Assembly: GCA_964443495.1 (NCBI GenBank)
Contig: CAYUCS010000002.1
Span: 260,021 to 324,020 of the forward strand
DNA length: 64,000 nucleotides
Reading direction: 5' to 3'
Source: an uncultured Gammaproteobacteria bacterium
GTDB taxonomy: Bacteria; Patescibacteriota; Patescibacteriia; Patescibacteriales; GWE2-39-37
The stretch's first letter is position 1. Every line of letters begins with the position of its first letter. The notes beneath the pieces were generated by a model. It had not been told where the DNA came from and made no database searches. It saw nothing but the letters and a program-made list of their open reading frames with translations. The translations under genes were made by a program, and so were the position numbers. Positions 47,366-55,424 of this stretch are shown one piece after another.

Positions 47366-47992
47366 TTAGCAAGTTTCGCAGCAATCGTCATCGCAATGAT
47401 GATGGCCGCACCCGTCGCCGCAGCACTCGTCTTCTACTTCTTCATCGAACAGGAAGTCGTAATGCTCGAAATGGCGGGCCTCGATACCGCCCTTGTAGCG
47501 CGGCGTGGTAATCATCCGCTTGGCCGCCGCCACCCAGGCCTTCTCATACTCCAGGTCGTCTTCCAACGCCTTCAGGTTATTCGCTTCAGCCTGGCGCAAT
47601 TCCTCGCTCCAGCGATCAGACCAAGCCTTCTGCTTGTCCTTGCGCTTGGCCATGACCTGCTCATGCACCTTTTTCTCCAGGGCCAGCTTGTCCAGCTCCA
47701 ATTCCGACTGGCCTGCTTCTTCCTCCAGTTCCGCAATCTCGCGCTCGCGCATGGAAATCAGCTTGCACAGGATGAATTCCTGCTCTTCCTTGGCGCTCCG
47801 CGGCTCGTAATATTGCGCCTCGCACGCAGCCAAAGCACGCTGGGCCAACTCGCGCTTTTCCTCATCCTTCTCGGACTTGAGATACTGCTTGATCGTAGCC
47901 TGCGCCTCCTTGCTGCCCGACTCGACCAGCCTGTCCAACTCCGCTTCAGTCAGCGGTTTCACTTCTTTTGCGTTCTTCACGATTTTAGCCAT
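47366..47992 (-). CDS. helical/coiled-coil protein with an acidic Cys/His-rich C-terminal tail
   Basis: 208 aa rich in E, K, A and L. It ends ...EEVEDECCGDGCGHHHCDDDCCETC. Confidence 0.7.
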   Translation of the reverse strand: MAKIVKNAKEVKPLTEAELDRLVESGSKEAQATIKQYLKSEKDEEKRELAQRALAACEAQYYEPRSAKEEQEFILCKLISMREREIAELEEEAGQSELELDKLALEKKVHEQVMAKRKDKQKAWSDRWSEELRQAEANNLKALEDDLEYEKAWVAAAKRMITTPRYKGGIEARHFEHYDFLFDEEVEDECCGDGCGHHHCDDDCCETC

Positions 47993-48048
47993 TTGATTAT
48001 TTTACAATTAATAATTATCGTCCAACCCACACATAATACGACAATCGA

Positions 48049-48894
48049 TCAAAAAACGCCAGCCGTCGCTTCCGGATAGCCAATTTCTGTCCGCAGATAA
48101 TCCAGCCGCTTCTTTTGCCGCGCCTTAACGTCCTCCTGGTTGCGCTCCGGATGGCTGATGAGGTGCGGATCGAGCAGCAAAAGCCGCTCCTCGTCCCCAA
48201 CTTTGACGATCGACAGATTGCGCGGGCCGAGCAGATCGACCATCTCGCCCGTTTCTACCGTCTTGGCGTCGGTGATACGGATAAAATTGAACATCTCGGC
48301 CCTGAGCCGGGGATTTTTTTCCAAAAGCTTAGGCAGATTCTCCCGCATCATCACCCGGAAAATATCGCGGATATCCTTGCCGTAATACTTCTGCAGCGTG
48401 GCAATGCCCGGCTTGCCGTTGCGCGGGCTTTCCATGATCAGTGACAGCTCCTCGGGCACGAGATCAGGCATCTCCTTGAACCACTCCTTCACTTTTTCAT
48501 ACTCATCCTTGATTTCCTTGGCCCGAGCGACCAATTGATCAGTACTGCCGTTGTCCATGTGGTTCATCTTCAAGACCATTGAAGGCGCGCCCTCGACTTT
48601 CGATTCCAAAAGATAGACGTCATTCTCGCCGCCGCGTCCGATCGTGCCCTCTTTGAATTCATACTTTTCCGGATTAATCGGCAGATGCTCGGTCTCGTAT
48701 TTATACTTCGGCTCGAAGGGAAACAGGTTGCGTACAAGACTCAACATGGCGACTGTACGGTCGAACTTGCTCTCGGCCTCACCGAAAAGCGTCGCCAAAT
48801 GCTCCGTCGCCTTGCGGCTCTTGATCTGCTCATCAACGAAAGCAGTCTCCGTCGCCCGCGAAAATTGTTTTTGATAGTGTTCAAAACTGCGCAT
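48049..48894 (-). CDS. hypothetical protein with a protein-kinase-like motif pattern
   Basis: Gly-rich loop GTIGRGGENDVYLL, then ...MVLKM..., ...DLLGPRNLSI... and ...LLLLDPH. The spacing is consistent with an atypical kinase fold. ATG 48894 is preferred to the TTG track start at 48909. Confidence 0.55.
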   Translation of the reverse strand: MRSFEHYQKQFSRATETAFVDEQIKSRKATEHLATLFGEAESKFDRTVAMLSLVRNLFPFEPKYKYETEHLPINPEKYEFKEGTIGRGGENDVYLLESKVEGAPSMVLKMNHMDNGSTDQLVARAKEIKDEYEKVKEWFKEMPDLVPEELSLIMESPRNGKPGIATLQKYYGKDIRDIFRVMMRENLPKLLEKNPRLRAEMFNFIRITDAKTVETGEMVDLLGPRNLSIVKVGDEERLLLLDPHLISHPERNQEDVKARQKKRLDYLRTEIGYPEATAGVF

Positions 48895-48928
48895 GTATTC
48901 TACATTCAACTCTCTTAGTTAAAATCGG

Positions 48929-49393
48929 CTATTCCAGGACCTTGATCATCAGAAGGCAAGGATTGTCCTCGCCCCAGATGTCGAGTTCGCAGAGCGGCAA
49001 GAAACCGACCCGTCGGTAGAACCGCCTAGTCTGGTCATACTGCTCATCCGGCCGGCGTTCGCTCAAGGTCTTCACTAGGAGATATCTCTTACCTTGCGCG
49101 GCCAATTCACGCTCAGCGAAGGCCAAAAGCTCACGTCCGGCGCCTTGCCGATGGAACTCACGCTTGATGCCCATGACATAGATTTCGCTCACGAATTCGT
49201 TAACCTCTTCGATACAGATGAAGCCGATCGGTTCGCCAGCCTGCTCCGCGATTACGAAAAGCTTCTCCCCGACCTTCTCGATATACTCGGTCACAGCCGA
49301 CTCCACCTCGAACCACTCGCGCAAATCACGCAAGACATCTTCGCAAATCAGGCTCTTCTGATTCTTGTCCTCAACGATTCTTATTTCAGCCAT
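48929..49393 (-). CDS. GNAT-family N-acetyltransferase
   Basis: ...VMGIKREFHRQGAGRELLAFAE... is acetyl-CoA motif A. ATG 49393; the TTG track start at 49417 is rejected. Confidence 0.85.
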   Translation of the reverse strand: MAEIRIVEDKNQKSLICEDVLRDLREWFEVESAVTEYIEKVGEKLFVIAEQAGEPIGFICIEEVNEFVSEIYVMGIKREFHRQGAGRELLAFAERELAAQGKRYLLVKTLSERRPDEQYDQTRRFYRRVGFLPLCELDIWGEDNPCLLMIKVLE

Positions 49394-49394
49394 A

Positions 49395-49667
49395 TTATTG
49401 TTTATGATATTTGCCAATCCACCACCTCTTCACCGCCGGTAAAGACTGCACCGACAAAAGATAGCCCACCACTGGCACCGAGGCATTGAGATAAAAAGCA
49501 GACGAGCCGATCAACCACATCACCACCGAAGCGATAACATAAGTGATGGCCGCGATACTCAAAATACGGAACAAGCTTGTCTCCCAAGCCTTATCCGCCT
49601 CCACTCGCCCATTCCGCTCCCGAATCACGCGAAGCTCCTCCTCAATTTTTAAAATTCTTTCTTCCAT
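49395..49667 (-). CDS. small membrane protein (N-terminal helix plus two TM helices)
   Basis: 90 aa. Its stop lies 1 nt before the GNAT start codon, suggesting tight coupling. Confidence 0.6.
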   Translation of the reverse strand: MEERILKIEEELRVIRERNGRVEADKAWETSLFRILSIAAITYVIASVVMWLIGSSAFYLNASVPVVGYLLSVQSLPAVKRWWIGKYHKQ

Positions 49668-49751
49668 AAAATTAATTTTCTATTGCCACGCATTAGTGAA
49701 TGCAATTAGAACTTGCCTCATGAAAAGTGAATAATATATCCAAATTCTCAT

Positions 49752-50411
49752 CTATATGTCTTTTGTTTTTGAGGCATAAACGATGGTATTCGAGTCCAAC
49801 AGTTCATCCAGGCCTTCGAACTCATCATGGATACGCACAATTAACTCATTCTTTTCCAGCGATTGCAGAATGTTTTGGTGCATCCCCTCAACAAGATCTC
49901 CCAGTTTTTTAATACTGATTATCGCGTCATTGAACTTGCCGCCGCCATTTTTTCTAGCCAAGTCCGATACGTCGATCAATTGATCACCGATGCCGACCGA
50001 AAACAGCCATGGTATTTGAGTCTTGTCGTCAGGGATATAGTACAAATTAAATTTATGCAGAAACGAATTTCGCAGCTGACGCAATATCTCGATATCCTCT
50101 TGTGATAAATCCGTAAACGTTTCCAAGGCGGCGCGGAAATCCTTGATGTTTTCATCGAGCGGCTTACTTCCCAAGCGAAACATTCCCCCGATGTGGTCAA
50201 TCAAAATCATATACATGCAGGCGCCCGACCAATCACCCGCATGATCCAAGCTTATCAGCAAACCATGTTCGTCTCGACCGGTTATTTGCCTGGCATGTTT
50301 AAATGTGGCGTAATAACTTGATTTATAATGCCGCCCATCTTCATCGTACTCATCCAGCAAATATCTTCGAATTTTTAATTTGTCCTCAGGCGTCTCAATT
50401 AATTGCTTCAT
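49752..50411 (-). CDS. hypothetical protein with an Rx4H motif (possible HEPN-like RNase)
   Basis: 219 aa with ...EILRQLRNSFLHKFNLY... (R114-x4-H119). G+C is intermediate between island and core by eye. It is the last gene of the same-strand defence cluster. Confidence 0.7.
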   Translation of the reverse strand: MKQLIETPEDKLKIRRYLLDEYDEDGRHYKSSYYATFKHARQITGRDEHGLLISLDHAGDWSGACMYMILIDHIGGMFRLGSKPLDENIKDFRAALETFTDLSQEDIEILRQLRNSFLHKFNLYYIPDDKTQIPWLFSVGIGDQLIDVSDLARKNGGGKFNDAIISIKKLGDLVEGMHQNILQSLEKNELIVRIHDEFEGLDELLDSNTIVYASKTKDI

Positions 50412-50497
50412 TGTATTAAAGTAGCTGAGGACTGTGGTGATAGAGAGCAGCCACTGACCAGTGCAGTTAATATTAATAATGCAAGAAAATTTTTCAT
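50408..50497 (-). CDS. 29-codon ORF encoding only a lipoprotein signal peptide (gene remnant or micro-lipoprotein)
   Basis: Hand translation gives MKNFLALLILTALVSGCSLSPQSSATLIQ*. Its TGA overlaps the ATG of the next gene (ATGA). Composition is core-like and no SD is visible. Confidence 0.3.
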   Translation of the reverse strand: MKNFLALLILTALVSGCSLSPQSSATLIQ

Positions 50498-50527
50498 AAA
50501 TTTATTAATGTTTCCAGCACCAGATAT

Positions 50528-51025
50528 CTATCTTCGACTAAATTCTAGCAATTCCCATTCGGCGATGCTTCGCTTTTCACTAATCAGCTTAATCTTTTCA
50601 ATAGTATTTATATACACATTCTTATTCATTTTCGTCCATCTTGTCGTGAAATCATTCAAGCGATTCAATATTATGCTATCAATTGGGCAGTGTGGTGGCT
50701 CAACTATCAAATCGATACTCCACAAATATTTTAAATACAAATTTAAAATCTTCTGAACAGTTCCGAATGAGATGAACTCATCCAATAAAATATCTTTATG
50801 TGCTAACTCAAGTGATGATTTTAGTTCATCCAGATGCATAAGATGATTACTCTCAGAAACCATTTTCTTATAGGCTTCCGCTTTTATATTTAATAACAGC
50901 TCTAAGCTTTTTCTGAATTTAATTTTATTTGCCACGTTAACGTTCTCACCATAAATTTTATTATGCTGAAATGCACCCATTATTGTTAAAATAAATACTT
51001 CATGTTTTATAAAATCAATTTTCAT
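50528..51025 (-). CDS. hypothetical 165-aa helical protein, translationally coupled to the upstream nuclease-like gene
   Basis: ATG 51025 overlaps the upstream stop (ATGA). I recognise no family. It contains ...FGTVQKILNLYLKYLWSIDLIVEPPHCPIDSIIL... Confidence 0.75.
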   Translation of the reverse strand: MKIDFIKHEVFILTIMGAFQHNKIYGENVNVANKIKFRKSLELLLNIKAEAYKKMVSESNHLMHLDELKSSLELAHKDILLDEFISFGTVQKILNLYLKYLWSIDLIVEPPHCPIDSIILNRLNDFTTRWTKMNKNVYINTIEKIKLISEKRSIAEWELLEFSRR

Positions 51026-51577
51026 ACAATTTCTTTATTCAACTTTACATATCCAGCTTTATCTAAATATTCGCTGACATAATAATGCTGATCGCGAATA
51101 TCAAACACTTCTTTTGTCTTAGGATTTACCCAAAAATAATAACTATACCTTTTTCCGTGAATCATTTTATATTTCTTGGTTAGCTCCTGAAGTTTTACCG
51201 TTGGAATAACTATGGAGTGTGGACTCAATGTTCTTCTGCCGATTTTGACATCTTCTTCAATGACGTAAATTAAAAAAATAAAATACTCAGCTGTCGCATC
51301 AAATATAGTCTTTTCTTCGAGATAAAACAAACCGACATTCCCATGTTTATATTTGCGGAGTTCGTTTTTATTTGGCTCAAAAGCCTTACTGCCCTTCACC
51401 TGAATTGTTACGGCTTTTTTTTGTGTCAACATTCATTAACACTAAATCAACCCCCTTCATTTGAGCATTCATTGGCATTAGCACCTCAAGATTTTTATTG
51501 GTTTGATCTCTAAGAATGCCCGAAACGACTGCCTCATCTGTGTTTAGTGACCAAAAATTTTTATATGCTACGCCCAT
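51022..51577 (-). pseudogene. PD-(D/E)XK nuclease-like gene split by a 1-nt frameshift in an A8 tract
   Basis: ORFs 51386-51577 and 51022-51432 overlap in different frames. Removing one A from the run at 51415-51422 fuses them into a ~184-aa protein reading ...KGVDLVLMNVDTKKAVTIQVKGSK..., i.e. a D-x14-Q-x-K restriction-endonuclease-type motif that straddles the shift. Confidence 0.65.
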
Positions 51578-51601
51578 AATATAAATTATAAAATATTCAC
51601 A

Positions 51602-52270
51602 TTACAGAACCATCTGATTTCTATTTTCTTTCAACCATTGTTCTCTTTTGACATAATCAGGCAAAACCGTCTTAACTTTATTCCAAAATTTTGATGAATG
51701 ATTTTTCTCATTTATATGCGCAAGCTCATGCACCACCACATAATCAATTACATTTAACGGCGCCATGATTAATTTCCAGGTAAAATTTAATGACCCACTT
51801 GGCCCACAAGACCCCCATCTGCTTTTGGCATCATTAATTTTAATTGATTTATATTTCCAGCCTGTATTTTTACTATAAAAATCAACTCGCTCCGATATTT
51901 TTTTTAAAGCCATCTTTTTATACCATTCAGTCATTTTTTCGTGCGCCAAATTTAAGTTATTTTTTGGAAAAAATAAATATTCGGAAAGACTTATTGCGTC
52001 ACAATTCCGTATTTTCAATTTATATAATTTGCCGAGATACAAAAACCCCTCTCCGTTTACAAACTCCTTCTTTCTTAGTACTACGCCATTTTTATTTACA
52101 GCTAACTTCTTTTGATTAATCCAAAATCGACGTTTGAAAACTAGCTCTTTGATATATTCCAATGTCGTCCCCATGGGTGCACGCACCACCAAGGAGGCAT
52201 CGGCAGCCACAACCAGCGCGATGGTCTTTCTTTTGGAACGAATAATTTTGTCAATATTTATTTCCTTCAT
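51602..52270 (-). CDS. DUF45/YgjP-type (M48-like) zinc metallopeptidase, commonly linked to type I R-M
   Basis: ...DYVVVHELAHINEKNHSSKFWNKV is the HExxH motif of the DUF45/SprT-like family. It lies directly after hsdR. Confidence 0.85.
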   Translation of the reverse strand: MKEINIDKIIRSKRKTIALVVAADASLVVRAPMGTTLEYIKELVFKRRFWINQKKLAVNKNGVVLRKKEFVNGEGFLYLGKLYKLKIRNCDAISLSEYLFFPKNNLNLAHEKMTEWYKKMALKKISERVDFYSKNTGWKYKSIKINDAKSRWGSCGPSGSLNFTWKLIMAPLNVIDYVVVHELAHINEKNHSSKFWNKVKTVLPDYVKREQWLKENRNQMVL

Positions 52271-52273
52271 GTA

Positions 52274-55200
52274 TTACTTATAAAGATGAAAAGCGAGCTC
52301 CATGAGTTTTTGTGATATTTCGCTCTTTTTGCTGGCGATTGTTTTATTACCATTAAACGCCGTCAAAAGATTAAAAGCTATAAATGTCTTCAATCTTTTC
52401 TGAGATCCAACACTCTGCCAAAAACCAACCTCCTGCAGAGAATCTTTTAATTGATTTAAAATATCTTTGGTGGTTTGTATTAATAAATCCCTCTGCTCAT
52501 CTGTCAATCCTTCTAAATCTTTAACACCAAAAACTTCTTTTTTTAGAAGTGCTAGAAATGGCATCTCTTTCGCTCGATCAAAGCCATAATTTTCCTCACC
52601 TTCACGACCTTGTCTAATTTCTTCAAGCAAAGCCTCCAACTCCTTAGCCATTAGCTCCCAATTATCCCTATACTCGCGCAATAGCTTCTCTAATTTTTCA
52701 CTGAATCTTTCATACATTTCCGGATCTTCTTCAATATGTTCTTCAATATGTTCCGCAATTCCATTCTTTAGTTCTTCTGCTTTTGCTCGATCAGTTTTTT
52801 CTTCTTTAATTTTTAATTGAAATTTTTCCGAGAATATTGGCAGAGGTGGAATCTTTGAATCAATTCCTTGAGAAATTAAAAACTCATCAATAATACCTCG
52901 AATCTTTGTACTGGCATCTTTAATATTTAATCTTTCGTCACGATACTTATTTTTTGCCGCTACGCTAACAAAACCAAAGCGCTTCATGTCCTTCACGAAC
53001 GACAAAGCCACCGGATTGGGCAGAACCTTATCCATCGCGCTGTTGAAATTTCGCCATAAAATTACAAAATCATTCCGCACCTCTTCATCGCCAAGCACAT
53101 TTACGCAAGCATCCAGATCGTTTATGTCAGCTATGTCAAATTTCTTAAAAAAATCATTCAACAACGATTTTGCATGTTTCAATTCATCAATGTCCTTGGA
53201 ATTGTCTTTTACGGCGCTTAATATTTCGTCAACATCTTCTTTGTCAATAAAGCTTGAAAGTGCTTCGCGCAAATGTTTGGCAACTCCAACATAATCAATT
53301 ATAAAACCACATTGTTTATTGTGATCAATTCGATTAACGCGAGCGATTGTTTGCAGAAGATTGTGCTCTTTTATTACATTATCCAAATACATTACCTGCT
53401 CGATGGGCGCATCAAAACCGGTCAATAGCATACTCTGCACAATAATAATTCCGACGTCGCCAGCAACTCCATCTTCGGTCACCTTATCAAACGGTAATTT
53501 GAAACTGCTAATAATCTCATCGTGTTTGGCGCTATCGGTATATTCAGCCAATTCTGGTCTATCATTATGAACTCCAGAAATTATTATCTCGGCTCGCAGC
53601 TTTTTTAATCGCTCGAAATCAATTCCAATTTTACTATCATATTGCGATTGCAATTCCTTAGTCCATTCAGCAATAAGCTGTTCATTTTTAAGCAACTCAT
53701 CAAAGGCTTTTTTATACCGCACCGCAGCCACGCGCGAAACTGCAACCACCTGAGCCTTGAATCCATTGGGAAAAATATGAGTCAAATAATGCTTGAGCAT
53801 GTCTTTCGCCTTTTCTTGGATCGTTTCTTCAGCCTCAAGATAGGCACGCCAAGTATAGCGGCCGAGAATATCGTGCCGAGTTTCATCATTCACCTTGCTA
53901 AACACTTCTTCAAACTTAGCATTCATAGCCTCTTGATCAGTCACTCCAGCACTGTGAGTTCTGCCTTCATATATAATTTCAACCGTTACACCGTCGTCTA
54001 CTGCCTGCCGAATAGTGTACTTATCGATATAACTTCCAAAAGTTTGTTCGGTTTTCTTAATAGGAGTCCCTGTGAAGGCAATTTTTACAGCATTCGGTAA
54101 AGACTGTGCTAGATTGGCCCCAAGCAGGCTGTATTGCGTCCTATGTCCTTCATCAATCAGCACTAAAATCTTTTCTGACTGATTGGCAAAATTAAAATAT
54201 GCCGGATCAAATGCTCCAACACTATCGTCTTGAAACTTATGAATCATTACCATCACAATATCCGGCGTATTATTATTGAGATACTCTCTTGAACGTGCGA
54301 TATTATTCGCAATTTTAACTTCATAGCCAATAGTCTTTGCCGTGTCACCGAGTTGTTTTTGCAAATCTTTACGATCGGTAATAAAAACTACTTTATAGCC
54401 AGTCAAACCATCCATACGGTTCATTTTGCGCACCACCATCATCATTGTAAGAGACTTACCAGAACCCTGGGTGTGCCAAACAATTCCGCCCTTCTCCAAT
54501 GGAGACTTGCCGGACTTTAATTTTTCTACGATTTTACAAACTGTACGATATTGCTGATAACGCGGAACCACTTTAATAAGTTTTCCCTTGTCGCTTTCTT
54601 GAAACAATATAAACGACTGAATAATATCCAAGAGATTTTGTCGCGTAAGCATGCCCTCAACCAGCACCTGCTGACTATTAACTGATTCCCCGCCCTCGGT
54701 TTCAATTTCTGTAAGTTTAGCAGGATACGGATCTTTCCATTCAATAAAATGCTCAAATTCTCCTGTAATACTGGAATACTTCGCAGTTTGGCGGCAAGTT
54801 GAAATTACAAATTGGTTATACCAAAATAGCTTTTCATTGCCCTCTTTACTTTCACCGCGGCGACATTGATAACGCAAAAGCTGTTCAATGCTTTCGCCGA
54901 TCGGGTCGGAAACAGATGCTGATTTGCATTCGACCACGCCCACCGGCAAACCATTGATAAATAAAACAATGTCAGGAATAATATGCTTTTCGGTCCCAGG
55001 AATATTTACCTTAAATTGCGAAACTGCTAAAAATAAATTATTGTCCGGATTTTTAAAATCGATAAATCGCACAGTTTCGTTTCTGCTGCCCGTTTTTCTA
55101 TTTTCTGCTGAAGTATTTTCTAGAAGTTTTTCCAATATTTCTTTATTTGCTTCCAGGAGTGAATTTTTTGACGGGACCATCAACTCTCGAATAATCTCCG

Positions 55201-55423
55201 GCAGCTGACTTTCCTCCAACCAAGGATTAATCTTTAACAACGCCTCACGAAATTGTTTTTCTATAATCACTTCACTAAAGCTTGCGCGATATGTCACGGC
55301 TGGATCATATTTGCCAACCTCTTCAGCGCGCAATATTGTCCAACCCAATCGCTCAAGCTGACGCAAAAACGGCTCTTCGACGTTCATCTTTTCGTTGATT
55401 TGTAATTGAGTTGGAATTTTCAT
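52274..55423 (-). CDS. hsdR: type I restriction enzyme R subunit
   Basis: 1,049 aa. HsdR-type N-terminal nuclease region (...IPDIVLFINGLPVGVVECK...). SF2 motifs VWHTQGSGKSLTM and LIDEGHRTQY, followed by the helicase C-terminal half. Confidence 0.95.
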   Translation of the reverse strand: MKIPTQLQINEKMNVEEPFLRQLERLGWTILRAEEVGKYDPAVTYRASFSEVIIEKQFREALLKINPWLEESQLPEIIRELMVPSKNSLLEANKEILEKLLENTSAENRKTGSRNETVRFIDFKNPDNNLFLAVSQFKVNIPGTEKHIIPDIVLFINGLPVGVVECKSASVSDPIGESIEQLLRYQCRRGESKEGNEKLFWYNQFVISTCRQTAKYSSITGEFEHFIEWKDPYPAKLTEIETEGGESVNSQQVLVEGMLTRQNLLDIIQSFILFQESDKGKLIKVVPRYQQYRTVCKIVEKLKSGKSPLEKGGIVWHTQGSGKSLTMMMVVRKMNRMDGLTGYKVVFITDRKDLQKQLGDTAKTIGYEVKIANNIARSREYLNNNTPDIVMVMIHKFQDDSVGAFDPAYFNFANQSEKILVLIDEGHRTQYSLLGANLAQSLPNAVKIAFTGTPIKKTEQTFGSYIDKYTIRQAVDDGVTVEIIYEGRTHSAGVTDQEAMNAKFEEVFSKVNDETRHDILGRYTWRAYLEAEETIQEKAKDMLKHYLTHIFPNGFKAQVVAVSRVAAVRYKKAFDELLKNEQLIAEWTKELQSQYDSKIGIDFERLKKLRAEIIISGVHNDRPELAEYTDSAKHDEIISSFKLPFDKVTEDGVAGDVGIIIVQSMLLTGFDAPIEQVMYLDNVIKEHNLLQTIARVNRIDHNKQCGFIIDYVGVAKHLREALSSFIDKEDVDEILSAVKDNSKDIDELKHAKSLLNDFFKKFDIADINDLDACVNVLGDEEVRNDFVILWRNFNSAMDKVLPNPVALSFVKDMKRFGFVSVAAKNKYRDERLNIKDASTKIRGIIDEFLISQGIDSKIPPLPIFSEKFQLKIKEEKTDRAKAEELKNGIAEHIEEHIEEDPEMYERFSEKLEKLLREYRDNWELMAKELEALLEEIRQGREGEENYGFDRAKEMPFLALLKKEVFGVKDLEGLTDEQRDLLIQTTKDILNQLKDSLQEVGFWQSVGSQKRLKTFIAFNLLTAFNGNKTIASKKSEISQKLMELAFHLYK

Positions 55424-55424
55424 A

